Assembly: GCA_963772195.1 (NCBI GenBank)
Contig: CAVYWE010000006.1
Span: 39,785 to 103,784 of the forward strand
DNA from: an uncultured Acidobacteriaceae bacterium
GTDB lineage: Bacteria > Acidobacteriota > Terriglobia > Terriglobales > Acidobacteriaceae
DNA: 64,000 bases
Direction: 5' to 3'
How positions within the stretch are numbered: position 1 is the stretch's first letter; every line of letters starts with the position of its first letter. A program made the translations under genes and the position numbers. This document shows positions 34,724 to 43,911 of this stretch, one piece after another. The notes under the pieces were generated by a model, which saw only the letters and a program-made list of their open reading frames with translations, ran no database searches and was not told where the DNA came from.

Positions 34724-34911
34724 GAGCGTGCAAAGTGAAACGTAGAGCGTGCAAAGTGAAACGTAGAGCGTGCAAAGTGAAACGTAGAGCGTGCAAAGTG
34801 AAACGCAGAGCGTGCAAAGTGAAACGTGGAGCGTGCAAAGTGAAACGTGGAGCGTGCAAAGTGAAACGTGGAGCGTGCAAAGTGAAACGTAGAGCGTGCA
34901 AGTGAAATGTG
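34724..34911. repeat. 21-bp tandem repeat, 8 full copies plus 1 degenerate copy
   Basis: Unit gagcgtgcaaagtgaaacgta at 34724, 34745, 34766, 34787, 34808, 34829, 34850 and 34871. Variants occur only in the last 3 nt (gta/gca/gtg). A decayed ninth copy starts at 34892. Confidence 0.95.
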
Positions 34912-35498
34912 AAAAATATTGCGACCGCCAGAGCCCCATACCGCTCTGGCTTTCGAGGGGGACCTTAACTTAACAGAACGACAACGGAAGGTAAAGCCCT
35001 TCTCTATTTTTACTATTTGCTCTCGCTAACTCCGTGGAAGGCGCTCGGTATTGCAGGGTGCTGATTCGGAGCAATCTTTCCGGCAGAAATGCGTTCAGGA
35101 AAAGTAACAGGACTGCCAAATCACTTTCAATGGCACAAAAGGTGTAAGGGCGAGAGAAAACTCGGGGAGTCCCCGGATTTGTCCCCGTCATACTTTTTTC
35201 ACGAGTAACACTTGACAAGCCGTCTTATAATAAGAAGTAATAGCAAAATACAGTCGAGACGCGCGCCCTACCCGTCACTTATAACCCCGCGCCAGCCTTG
35301 ACCTATCCGGCAGAGAAGGATACGATCCCACCAACCCATGAAGAATCAAGACTTTAGTTATAACTCTCGTTCTTTCAAGACTTTGCCGCCAGCGCGAACG
35401 CTAAGTCTATGATTCTAATATACCGGTCGATAGGGGGTACCCCACCAAGATTGGTCAGCGAGTAGATCGGCGGGTGGCCGCATACCTAAGAGCCGCCC

Positions 35499-36686
35499 CT
35501 AAACCGGCGTCCTGCCCTTGAACAGCCAGATCAAATCAATGATCAAAATAACCACCACCATCAACTCCAGCACAAACGCCCGGCTCTGATGAAATTGCTC
35601 GACCATGAAGCGGTAGAGCTCTTCGGCAGTGTGGACTTTCTGGTTGACCAGGTTTTTGTAGTCGGTGACGCCGATCTTGGACGCAGCAACTTTGTAGAGA
35701 CGCGCCGAGAACATGTCGCTTAGGAATTTGATGGCGTTGTCGGCGCGCTCGGTCAGTTCGTCCACATCGAGCAGGACGGTGTGCAGGCGGGTGGCGCGTT
35801 TCGCAGTGCGCCAGCGCGCGAGGATGCCGGTCGAACCGCTGTCCATAAAATCGTAGACGCTTTTCAGTTCGCGCGTCAGCAGTTCGTCGTAGTGCCGGAA
35901 TTCGAGGAGCTGCGAGTTGGCGTATTCGAGCAATTGAATGACGGTTTCCGCGCCGGCCGCGGAGTCATAGAGAAACGCTCCGTTCCAGCTGATCACGGCC
36001 AGGTCGTTCGGATAGTACGAGATTCTCGACTGCATGATTTCCTGCTGCTCGCCGTCGGAGAGCGGAACGTTTTCGCCACGCACGATCTGGGCGATGCGTC
36101 CACCCTGGGTCGAGAGCAGTTCAGCCGCCGTCGGATTGCCGGCGATATCGCGCACGTGGAAGACGAAATAATCTTCATGCAGCCAACTGTCGTAAAGCTT
36201 GACCAGCGCGGGCCGGGCGCGCTCGATCTTCTGTTTGACGATCTTCTGGGCGAAGCTGGTGAAATCGGTATCCCAAACCCAGCGGCTGGCAAGACGGACA
36301 AGCGTGTCCCAGTCGCCGGAAAACGGCAGCTCGAAGACCACGCTCAGCACGCCGTAATCGTAGTACTTGATCTGGACGTCAAGCCGTTCGCCGCTTTCAA
36401 GGATCAACGGCTCGACCGGTTCGACGACAGGTGCGCGTTCAAAACGGACGTATCCCGGAGCAGGGTGCTTGAAGCTGGCCTCCTGCCGCCGAGCTCCAAA
36501 GATGTCGCGCAGGGCATCGAGGTTGATCTCCTCGCAGACATCGAACTGGATCAGCACCAGAACCGAGCCCTGCAGCGATTTGTTCTGGGCGATGGCTGCG
36601 GACTGGGCTGACGTTGGGGCTGGAACGGGGACTGGGGTTGATACGACTGGGGTTGATAGTATGACGGTTGAGTTTGCGGTTTCCAT
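35499..36686 (-). CDS. hypothetical protein with C-terminal TM helix, possibly RMD1/DUF155-like
   Basis: 395 aa. The C-terminal pattern NQKVHTAEELYRFMVEQFHQSRAFVLELMVVVILIIDLIW resembles the DUF155/RMD1 tail. The family assignment is from memory only. Confidence 0.45.
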   Translation of the reverse strand: METANSTVILSTPVVSTPVPVPAPTSAQSAAIAQNKSLQGSVLVLIQFDVCEEINLDALRDIFGARRQEASFKHPAPGYVRFERAPVVEPVEPLILESGERLDVQIKYYDYGVLSVVFELPFSGDWDTLVRLASRWVWDTDFTSFAQKIVKQKIERARPALVKLYDSWLHEDYFVFHVRDIAGNPTAAELLSTQGGRIAQIVRGENVPLSDGEQQEIMQSRISYYPNDLAVISWNGAFLYDSAAGAETVIQLLEYANSQLLEFRHYDELLTRELKSVYDFMDSGSTGILARWRTAKRATRLHTVLLDVDELTERADNAIKFLSDMFSARLYKVAASKIGVTDYKNLVNQKVHTAEELYRFMVEQFHQSRAFVLELMVVVILIIDLIWLFKGRTPV

Positions 36687-36878
36687 AGAGTCAGCTTTCT
36701 GCTCTTCTGAACTTGCGCGGCGCGATCGTAGTGCGACGGGGACCGCAACCGCTACGGTGAGGCCAAGTGTCTATGTCTATTGTCCCAGAAAGCGGGCCGG
36801 ATGGGGAGTAGGCCAGTAAGTCTATATTTGTCAATAGATTGCGGGAGAACTATCCCCGGCTCGTGTTGGGGCGGGCGT

Positions 36879-36922
36879 GTGGGGACGGGCGCCTCGCCCG
36901 TCCAAGTTGAGCGAAGCTCAAC
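36879..36922. repeat. GC-rich hairpin repeat (GTGGGGAC variant)
   Basis: gtggggacgggcgcctcgcccgtcc followed by gttgagcgaagctcaac. Confidence 0.6.
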
Positions 36923-36944
36923 AGCGCCGCCGGCGCCGCACAAC

Positions 36945-39900
36945 CTAGCGTCTGCGAGCGAGCGCGAACAAAAGCGCCGCTCCAGTTGCGATGCCAGCCA
37001 CGGCGAGACCAGTTCGCTTCATGTTCTTTTCGATGGCTGCCCGGTGCGGCCGCACCCAGGCGTCTTCGGGATAGTGCTGCGGCGCGGGGTCGAACATCGG
37101 GAAGCCTTCCGGCGTTTCGGTGGCCTCGCGCAAAGCCATCTGGAGAACTTCGGCGAGGTGAAGCGCGTGGCGATCGGTTTCCTGCGCGATCTGCTCGCGG
37201 CAACTGAAACCGTCGGCGACGATGAGCCAGTCGGTGGGAGCCTGACGGACGGCGGGCAGAAGTTCGAGTTCGCCAATGGCTTTCGAAATCTCGTATTTGT
37301 CCTTCTCGAAGCCGAACGCTCCGGCCATGCCGCAGCATCCGGGAGCGGGAGCGGTAAAATTGACGCCCATGCGCTTGAGGACCGACTCTTCGGCAGTCAT
37401 CTTCATGATGGCCTTGTGATGGCAATGCCCGTGGATAAGCGCCCGGCGCGGCAGTTTGGGCAGCGGGAAATTCTTTGCGCGCTGTTCGAGAAATTCGCTG
37501 AGCAGAAAGACTTGCTTCGAGAGGGCTTGCGCACGTTCGTCCTTGGGGAAAAGGTTAGTGAGTTCGTCGCGAAAAACGGCGGCGCAACTGGGTTCCAGAA
37601 CAACGATGGGCGTTGCGGGTCCAATTTCGGGGAGAAGCTCGTCCATGATCTGGAGGAGCAAGCTTTTGGCGCGGTCAAGCATGCCAACGTCATAAAGCGG
37701 ACGACCGCAGCAGAGGTGAGCGCGCGGGACGGTGACGTCGAAGCCCGCGGCCTCGAGGACTTCGACGGCAGCCTTGGCGGTCGAGGGGAGGAAGTGGTTA
37801 TTGAAAGTGTCAGCCAAAAGCAGCACGGAGTTGCCACGACTAACGTGGGGACGGCCGCCCTCGGCTGTCCCGCGAAGCGAAGCTCCGCGGCGCTCCCACC
37901 ACTGTTTAAATGTCTGCGGCGCAAACGCCGGAATGCGCCGCTGGGCGGGGATTCTCGCGGCTATCTTCGCGAGGTCGCGCAGCCCTGGCAGTTGGGTCGT
38001 AAGATTCACGAGCCCCGGCGCATGCGAAGCCGCTCTCGCCCACAAATCAATATTCGAAAAGGCCAGCGCATTCAGCGGACGCCGATTCATCTCGTAGTAG
38101 TGCGACAGAAATTCCGCCTTGTAGGTCGCGACATCGACGCCCACAGGGCAATCGCTTTTGCAGCCTTTGCAGGCGAGGCACAGGTCGAGCGATTCTTTCA
38201 CGGCTTCGTTCTGCCACCCGTCTTTGATGACGTCGCCTTTCGTCATCTCCCAGAGCAGATGGGCGCGGCCGCGGGTCGAGTGCTCTTCGTCGCGCGTGAC
38301 GCGGAAGCTCGGACACATGACTCCGCCTTCGTCGCGGCGGCACTTGCCCACTCCGACGCAGCGCAGCGTAGCAGCGGCCAGGCTGCCGTGGTCGTCGGGA
38401 AATTTGAAATGCGTCTCGGGCTGCCAGGGATCGTAGCCGGGACCAAGGCGCAGATTTTCATCGAGGCGATAAGGCTCGATAAGCTTGCCCGGGTTCATTT
38501 TCCAATCGGGATCCCAGAGCGATTTGAACTCGCGGAAGGCCTGCATAATCTCAGGCCCAAACATTTTGGGAAGAAGCTCGGCGCGGGCCTGGCCGTCTCC
38601 ATGTTCGCCGGAGAGCGAGCCACCGTAGCGGACCACGAGATCGGCGGCCTCCTCCATGAACTGGCGAAACTTGCGGACGCCCTCGGTGGATTCGAGATCG
38701 TAGTCCATGCGGGTGTGCACGCAGGCGTGGCCGAAGTGGCCGTAGAACGAACCTTCGTAATGGAAAGCTTGCATCAGCCGGCGCAGATCGCGCAGATAAG
38801 CACCGAGTTTTTCGGGCGCGACCGCGGAATCTTCGAAGCCTTCCCAGCGCAGCGGTTCGCCGGGAACGTGCGAAGTTACGCCCAGACTGGACTCGCGGAC
38901 GTCCCAGATGCGCCGGGCTTGTTTCTGGTCGGTGAACAGCCGCAGGTTGGGAGGGGCCGCGGAGCGATCAAGCGCCTCCATCAGATTGCGCGCCTGCGAT
39001 TCGGCTTCAGCGGCGGTTTTGGCTCCGAACTCCGCCATCAGCCAGCCACCGCCTTCCGGCAGCAGGGCGAGACCTTCGAGGTTCACGCCTTTGCGGCGGC
39101 TCGCGTCGACCATAATGTCGTCAAAACCTTCGAGGCCGATGGGGTGGTGCTCCATGATCTGCGGGACGTGGTCGGCGCAAAGATAAATATCGGGCCATCC
39201 GATAACGAGCAACACCCGCGACGGCGGGCTCTCGACAAGGCGGCAGGTGGCTTCGAGAACCGTGACGCAAGTACCTTCGGACCCAACCAGCGCGCGCGCC
39301 ACGTGAAAGCCGCTTTCGGGGAGCAGGTGGTTGAGGTTATATCCGGAAACGCGGCGCGGAATGTTCGGGAATTGGCGGCGAACCTGCTCACCGTAGCGGT
39401 CGGCGATGGACTTGAGCCCGGTGTAAATTTCGGCGCGGCGTCCGCCTTCGCGAATGAAGCGGTCGAAATCGTCCGCGCTGGTCGCCCCGACGTGCAGTCG
39501 CTGGCCGCCGTAGGTGAGGACCTCAAGCGACTCGATATTGTCGTCCGTCTTGCCGGCCATGATCGAGTGCACACCGCAGGAGTTGTTGCCGATCATGCCT
39601 CCGAGCGTGCAGCGGTCGTGGGTAGCGGGATCGGGCGCGAAGGTAAGGTGGTGCTTCTCGGCCGCCGCGCGAAGCCTGTCGAGGACGACGCCGGGTTCAA
39701 CGCGCGCGATGCGGCGCGCGGGATCGATCTCGAGGATGCCCGCCATGTACTTCGAAAAGTCGAGGATGACCGCAGCGTTGCAACATTGTCCAGCGAGTGA
39801 CGTGCCTCCGCCGCGTGCGAGGAGCGGAGCGCGGTGGTCGCGGCAGAGGGCAACCGTGGCGAGAACGTCTTCTTTATCGCGTGGAACTACGACTCCGATA

Positions 39901-40058
39901 GGAACTTGGCGGTAATTGGAGCCATCGGTTGCATAGAGAGCCCGGCTGCCCGAGTCGAAGCGGACTTCTCCGCGAAGGTGACGGTAGAGAGAGGCTTCAA
40001 GAGCCGAGGCGTCGAGTTGCGCGGAATGGGCCGGGGGTGGGGCGATGTCTTGCGGCAT
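36945..40058 (-). CDS. FAD-linked oxidase fused to an Fe-S/CCG-domain module (YdiJ-like, D-2-hydroxyacid dehydrogenase type)
   Basis: N-terminal FAD_binding_4 (VVPRDKEDV...RGGGTSLAGQ). Middle 2x[4Fe-4S] motifs (CVGVGKCR, CLACKGCKSDCP). C-terminal CCG repeats (CCGRP, CCGMAG). C-terminal TM anchor. Start set to ATG 40058. Confidence 0.85.
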   Translation of the reverse strand: MPQDIAPPPAHSAQLDASALEASLYRHLRGEVRFDSGSRALYATDGSNYRQVPIGVVVPRDKEDVLATVALCRDHRAPLLARGGGTSLAGQCCNAAVILDFSKYMAGILEIDPARRIARVEPGVVLDRLRAAAEKHHLTFAPDPATHDRCTLGGMIGNNSCGVHSIMAGKTDDNIESLEVLTYGGQRLHVGATSADDFDRFIREGGRRAEIYTGLKSIADRYGEQVRRQFPNIPRRVSGYNLNHLLPESGFHVARALVGSEGTCVTVLEATCRLVESPPSRVLLVIGWPDIYLCADHVPQIMEHHPIGLEGFDDIMVDASRRKGVNLEGLALLPEGGGWLMAEFGAKTAAEAESQARNLMEALDRSAAPPNLRLFTDQKQARRIWDVRESSLGVTSHVPGEPLRWEGFEDSAVAPEKLGAYLRDLRRLMQAFHYEGSFYGHFGHACVHTRMDYDLESTEGVRKFRQFMEEAADLVVRYGGSLSGEHGDGQARAELLPKMFGPEIMQAFREFKSLWDPDWKMNPGKLIEPYRLDENLRLGPGYDPWQPETHFKFPDDHGSLAAATLRCVGVGKCRRDEGGVMCPSFRVTRDEEHSTRGRAHLLWEMTKGDVIKDGWQNEAVKESLDLCLACKGCKSDCPVGVDVATYKAEFLSHYYEMNRRPLNALAFSNIDLWARAASHAPGLVNLTTQLPGLRDLAKIAARIPAQRRIPAFAPQTFKQWWERRGASLRGTAEGGRPHVSRGNSVLLLADTFNNHFLPSTAKAAVEVLEAAGFDVTVPRAHLCCGRPLYDVGMLDRAKSLLLQIMDELLPEIGPATPIVVLEPSCAAVFRDELTNLFPKDERAQALSKQVFLLSEFLEQRAKNFPLPKLPRRALIHGHCHHKAIMKMTAEESVLKRMGVNFTAPAPGCCGMAGAFGFEKDKYEISKAIGELELLPAVRQAPTDWLIVADGFSCREQIAQETDRHALHLAEVLQMALREATETPEGFPMFDPAPQHYPEDAWVRPHRAAIEKNMKRTGLAVAGIATGAALLFALARRR

Positions 40059-40123
40059 AGGGTACGAAACATCTTCGAGGATGCGGGCGTTGGGCGCAAG
40101 GGCGTATCTTGTGTGACGTCGAT

Positions 40124-40204
40124 CTTTCCCCTGTGGCCCTCTGTGTCCCCGGTGGTAAAGACTTTTTCCAACCACCGAGAACACAGAGGGCCACAGGGGG
40201 AAAG
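40124..40204. repeat. intercistronic long hairpin (CACAGRGG type)
   Basis: ctttcccctgtggccctctgtgtccccggtgg / 16-nt loop / ccaccgagaacacagagggccacagggggaaag. About a 30-bp stem. Lies between the cox subunit IV stop and the oxidase start. Confidence 0.8.
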
Positions 40205-40220
40205 CCACACCGAGATGCGA

Positions 40221-40520
40221 TTACCGCCAGGAACGAGTCATGTAGTCCGCCAGCGACAGTATGAGCAGAATTGCGAGAAAGAAGAAGCCGGAGACAACGA
40301 CGGCCCCGGTCAGCTTTTCGCTCGCGCCTTTGACGTGCATGAAGAAAAGGATGACCAGCGTCGCTTTGATGGTGGCGATGAGGAGCGCGACAACCGGGTT
40401 GAAGGGACCGAGGTTCACAAAGGCGACCGCGGCCGTCGTGATAGTCAGGACGAGCAGGGTAATACCGATCGCTATGTAAAAGCCTTGCGAGTGACCAGTG
40501 TGTTCTTCGTGTTCCGACAT
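40221..40520 (-). CDS. ctaF: cytochrome c oxidase subunit IV (prokaryotic CtaF/COX4_pro type)
   Basis: 99 aa with three TM helices. IATIKATLVILFFMHV motif. Last gene of the oxidase operon. Confidence 0.8.
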   Translation of the reverse strand: MSEHEEHTGHSQGFYIAIGITLLVLTITTAAVAFVNLGPFNPVVALLIATIKATLVILFFMHVKGASEKLTGAVVVSGFFFLAILLILSLADYMTRSWR

Positions 40521-40528
40521 AACAGTCC

Positions 40529-41212
40529 TTAAGAGTGCCTGCTAATCAGGTACAACAACGGGAACAGATAAATCCAGATGATATCGACCAAGTGCCAGTA
40601 CAAGCCGGCATTTTCTATGGGCGTGAAGTAACCGGGCGTGTAATGTCCTTTCCATGCCAGGACAGTCAGAACGCTGAACAGGCCGCATCCAATGATCATG
40701 TGCAGGGCGTGCATACCGGTCATGACGAAATAGAGGGAGAAAAAAAGCTCAGCTTCCTTCGGGTTGACCGGGATTTGCTTGCCGTTGTCGTCGAACTTAT
40801 CCGTGAAGTTGAACGTGGCGCCGGGTACGTGATGCTTCTCGAATTTTTCCTTGTACTCGAAACCCTTGATGACGAGGAAGGTCATGCCGAGCAGCACCGT
40901 AACCACGAGGTAGCCGACCAGCACTTTGCGTTTGCCCGCTTCCGCCGCTTTCACCGCCAATACAACCGTAACCGAACTAACGATCAGGACGCCGGTGTTA
41001 GTGGCTCCGAGCCAGATATTGAGCTGCTGGCTTCCGGCCGCGAAGGCGTTGAAGTGGGCGAGGCGATAGATGAGGTAGGCGCAGAACATGCCGCCGAAGA
41101 ACATGATTTCAGTCACCAGGAACAGCCACATGCCAAGCGAGGCGGCGTTCTTCTGTTGCTGAGCGTCGGCGAAGTGGTGGAGCAGCGCCGGATTGTGCGC
41201 TTCGTGTTCCAT
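40529..41212 (-). CDS. ctaE: cytochrome c oxidase subunit III
   Basis: GMWLFLVTEIMFFGGMF and FFSLYFVMTGMHALHMIIG...YWHLVDIIWIYLFPLLY. Start set to ATG 41212, downstream of the ctaD stop. Confidence 0.9.
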   Translation of the reverse strand: MEHEAHNPALLHHFADAQQQKNAASLGMWLFLVTEIMFFGGMFCAYLIYRLAHFNAFAAGSQQLNIWLGATNTGVLIVSSVTVVLAVKAAEAGKRKVLVGYLVVTVLLGMTFLVIKGFEYKEKFEKHHVPGATFNFTDKFDDNGKQIPVNPKEAELFFSLYFVMTGMHALHMIIGCGLFSVLTVLAWKGHYTPGYFTPIENAGLYWHLVDIIWIYLFPLLYLISRHS

Positions 41213-41249
41213 GACCGTAGCTTGGGTCGTGACTTGGGTCGTCACTTGG

Positions 41250-42908
41250 CTATCCTGCAACGGGAGCCTCCAGTTCCTTGGGTGGAATCTCGTCGTAGTT
41301 ATAGGCTTCCCAGGTGACGACCGGCGTCTCGTCAAAATTAAATGTAGGCGGCGGCGACGTGGTTTGCCACTCCAGGCCAGCGGCGCCCCAGGGATTTGCC
41401 TCGGCGATGGGCCCGTAGCGCAGCGACCAGAGCAAGTAGATCATCGGCAGCAGATAGCCGACTGCGAGGATGCTGGCGCCAGCTGTCGAGAGCACGTTCA
41501 GCACCTGAAACTCGGGCGGATACTGCCAGTAGCGGCGCGGCATGCCGACGTAGCCAAGGATGAATTGCGGGAAGAACGTCAGGTTGAAGCCGACGAAAAC
41601 GAACAGCGCCGAAAGTTTGGCCCAACCTTCCGGATACATGCGCCCGCTGATCTTCGGCCACCAGAAATGCAGCCCTCCCAGATATCCCATAAGTACGCCG
41701 CCGACCATGACGTAGTGGAAGTGGGCGATGACGAAGTAGGTGTCGGTGACGTGAACGTCGATGCCGATGGTGGCCAGTATGAGTCCGGTTAATCCGCCGA
41801 TGGTGAACAGTCCGATAAAACCAAAGGCATAGAGCATCGGCGTGGCGTACGAGATCGAACCCTTGTAAAGCGTGGCTGTCCAGTTGAAGACTTTGACGGC
41901 GGAGGGCACGCCCACGAGGAAGCTCAGGAGGGAAAAGACCAATGCGGCATAGAGCGATATGCCGGCGACGAACAAGTGATGCGCCCACACCAGGAATCCG
42001 AAGACGGCGATGGCGACGCTCGACATAGCGACAAACTTGTAGCCGAACACGCGTTTACGCGCGAAGCAGGCAACGAGCTCGCTGATCACTCCCATCGAAG
42101 GCAGGATCATGATGTAGACGGCAGGATGGGAGTAAAACCAGAACAGGTGCTGGAACAAGACCGGGTCTCCGCCCAGACTGGGATCGAAGATGCCGAGGTG
42201 GAAGAGGCGCTCGACCGTCACAAGTACCATTGTGATGGCAATCACCGGCGTACCGAGAATCATGATCAAGCTGGTGGCGTAGTTAGCCCAGATGAAGAGC
42301 GGGAGGCGGTCCCACGTAAGGCCGGGCGCGCGCATGCGATGAACGGTGACGATGAAATTGAGTCCAGTAAAGATGGACGAAAACCCCGCGATGAAGATGG
42401 CGAGTCCGGCTTCGACGACGTTGGTGTTGCTGCCAGCCGTGCTGTATGGAGTATAAAAAGTCCATCCGGTATCGACGCCGCCGGTCAACATGCAGTGCAG
42501 GAAGAGCACGCCGCCTATGACGTAGAGATACCAGCTCAGCAGGTTGATACGAGGAAAAGCGAGATCCTTGGCCCCGATCATGAGGGGCACCAGGAAGTTG
42601 CCGAGTATAGCAGGTACGACCGGGATCAGGAAGAAGAACACCATGACTATGCCGTGCATGGTGAATACCTTGTTATAGGTGTCAGCCTGCAGAAGGTCGC
42701 CCTGCGGAGTAAGCAGTTCAAGCCGGATGAGCATGGCAAAGAAGCCACCGAGCATAAAGAAGGCAGTAACCGAGATCAGATAAAGAATCGCGATCCGCTT
42801 GTGGTCGGTAGTCAGCAGCCAGGACTTGAGGCTGCTCCCGTTGTTGAGATAGTTCAGCTTCGGAGGCTGATTCGCCGGGATTGCTGTGCTCGCTGCTTTG
42901 CTCGCCAT
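41250..42908 (-). CDS. ctaD: cytochrome c oxidase subunit I (heme-copper oxidase A-type)
   Basis: [34 protein letters not shown] heme/CuB ligand contexts. Confidence 0.95.
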   Translation of the reverse strand: MASKAASTAIPANQPPKLNYLNNGSSLKSWLLTTDHKRIAILYLISVTAFFMLGGFFAMLIRLELLTPQGDLLQADTYNKVFTMHGIVMVFFFLIPVVPAILGNFLVPLMIGAKDLAFPRINLLSWYLYVIGGVLFLHCMLTGGVDTGWTFYTPYSTAGSNTNVVEAGLAIFIAGFSSIFTGLNFIVTVHRMRAPGLTWDRLPLFIWANYATSLIMILGTPVIAITMVLVTVERLFHLGIFDPSLGGDPVLFQHLFWFYSHPAVYIMILPSMGVISELVACFARKRVFGYKFVAMSSVAIAVFGFLVWAHHLFVAGISLYAALVFSLLSFLVGVPSAVKVFNWTATLYKGSISYATPMLYAFGFIGLFTIGGLTGLILATIGIDVHVTDTYFVIAHFHYVMVGGVLMGYLGGLHFWWPKISGRMYPEGWAKLSALFVFVGFNLTFFPQFILGYVGMPRRYWQYPPEFQVLNVLSTAGASILAVGYLLPMIYLLWSLRYGPIAEANPWGAAGLEWQTTSPPPTFNFDETPVVTWEAYNYDEIPPKELEAPVAG

Positions 42909-42910
42909 GA

Positions 42911-43909
42911 CTATTGCACCTGCGTCTTCTGGGGTTGTGCCGGGGAAGGGGCAGGCTGGTCTTGCAGCCCGGCGGTTCCCGTGGGTGGCTGGCTTAACGA
43001 TTTGACATAGGCCACCAGCGCGTTCAACTGTTCGTCGCTAATGATGCCCTGGAAAGTTGGCATCACAGGTTTGAAACCCTTCACGATCTTTGCGGTGGGA
43101 TCGAGGATGGACTCACGAACATAGTTCTCATCGGCGATCACCGTGCGTCCATCTTCGAGCAGAACCGGTTTGTTGTAGACACCGATCAGATTGGGGCCGC
43201 GCCCTTGGACGTCGGAACGATGGCAGGTAACGCATCCGAGCGAAGCGAACAACTGCTTGCCGGTTTCCTGCAAGGGGGCGGACGGTCCGCCGGACATCCA
43301 CTGCGCGTAATCCTGCGGCGCCATGACGATGATATCGCCGCCCATTCCAGAGTGCTGGGTTCCGCAATACTCGGCGCAGAATAAATGATAGCGGCCGGGC
43401 TTGGTGGCATTGAACCAGAGCGTGGTGTAGCGGCCCGGCAGCACGTCCTGCTTGATGCGGAATGCGGGGATGAAGAAGCTGTGAATCACGTCCTGCGAGG
43501 TCATGATGAGCTTAACGTTCTGGCCGGTGGGGACGTGGAGCTCGTTGATTTCACGCTGCCCCTCCATGTGCTCGATCTTCCACATCCATTGTTTAGCAAC
43601 GACATAGACTTCGGTCGCGTTTGCGGGAGGAGTGCGCTCCTCGAAAAATATGACTGCGCCCCAGATGAAGAAAGTCAGCATCACAAAGAAGGGAATGACG
43701 GACCAACTGATTTCAAGGACGGTGGAGCCTTCGATCGGATGGGCATCGCGGCCGGGCACGCGACGATACTTAATCGCCAGTACCGCGACCGAAATAAAGA
43801 TGAGCGCGGTCATGAGGCCTGAAACCAGCAGCAGATAGATGTAGAGCGCATCCACCTGGCTTGCCATGGTCGAGGCCTGATCGGGCCACAAAGGTAGAAA
43901 TTTCGACAT
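42911..43909 (-). CDS. ctaC: cytochrome c oxidase subunit II with fused C-terminal cytochrome c (caa3 type)
   Basis: CuA site HSFFIP...[12 protein letters not shown] and C-terminal heme-c site CVTCH. Confidence 0.9.
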   Translation of the reverse strand: MSKFLPLWPDQASTMASQVDALYIYLLLVSGLMTALIFISVAVLAIKYRRVPGRDAHPIEGSTVLEISWSVIPFFVMLTFFIWGAVIFFEERTPPANATEVYVVAKQWMWKIEHMEGQREINELHVPTGQNVKLIMTSQDVIHSFFIPAFRIKQDVLPGRYTTLWFNATKPGRYHLFCAEYCGTQHSGMGGDIIVMAPQDYAQWMSGGPSAPLQETGKQLFASLGCVTCHRSDVQGRGPNLIGVYNKPVLLEDGRTVIADENYVRESILDPTAKIVKGFKPVMPTFQGIISDEQLNALVAYVKSLSQPPTGTAGLQDQPAPSPAQPQKTQVQ

Positions 43910-43911
43910 AA

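Noticed and set aside
34713-34901. N-terminal extension giving nine HA(L/P)RFTL heptapeptide repeats on the small secreted protein
   Set aside because: The extension begins at a TTG without an RBS and is simply the 21-bp array read in frame. All three sense frames are open across the array. It would place ~60 residues in front of an otherwise canonical signal peptide, which has its own ATG and AAGGAG.
34724-34911. CRISPR array or plasmid-type iteron origin
   Set aside because: The repeats are directly abutting with no spacers, and no cas genes are nearby, so this is not CRISPR. For an iteron origin there is no rep gene, no DnaA box (TTATCCACA) and no marked AT-rich unwinding region that I could see. 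It is kept only as a regulatory/VNTR hypothesis.
35207-35250. A second copy or solo end of the IS1-like element
   Set aside because: Only short ordered words are shared with 575..630, and no transposase-like coding sequence or inverted repeat follows. It is treated as a shared promoter-like box rather than a mobile-element feature.
36780-39800. 1006-aa + strand ORF, the longest + strand ORF in the track
   Set aside because: It lies entirely antisense to the YdiJ-like FAD/Fe-S oxidase, whose FAD, 4Fe-4S and CCG motifs are unmistakable. Its Arg/Gly/Ala-rich, low-complexity translation is typical of shadow ORFs in high-GC DNA.
40059-40208. N-terminal extensions of the YdiJ-like oxidase (to 40208) and of the FAD oxidoreductase (56835..56978)
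   Set aside because: Both extensions are translations of CACAGRGG hairpin repeats (HRGHRGPQGK, EEHRGAQRT...). Internal ATGs at 40058 and 56834 precede the conserved domains.
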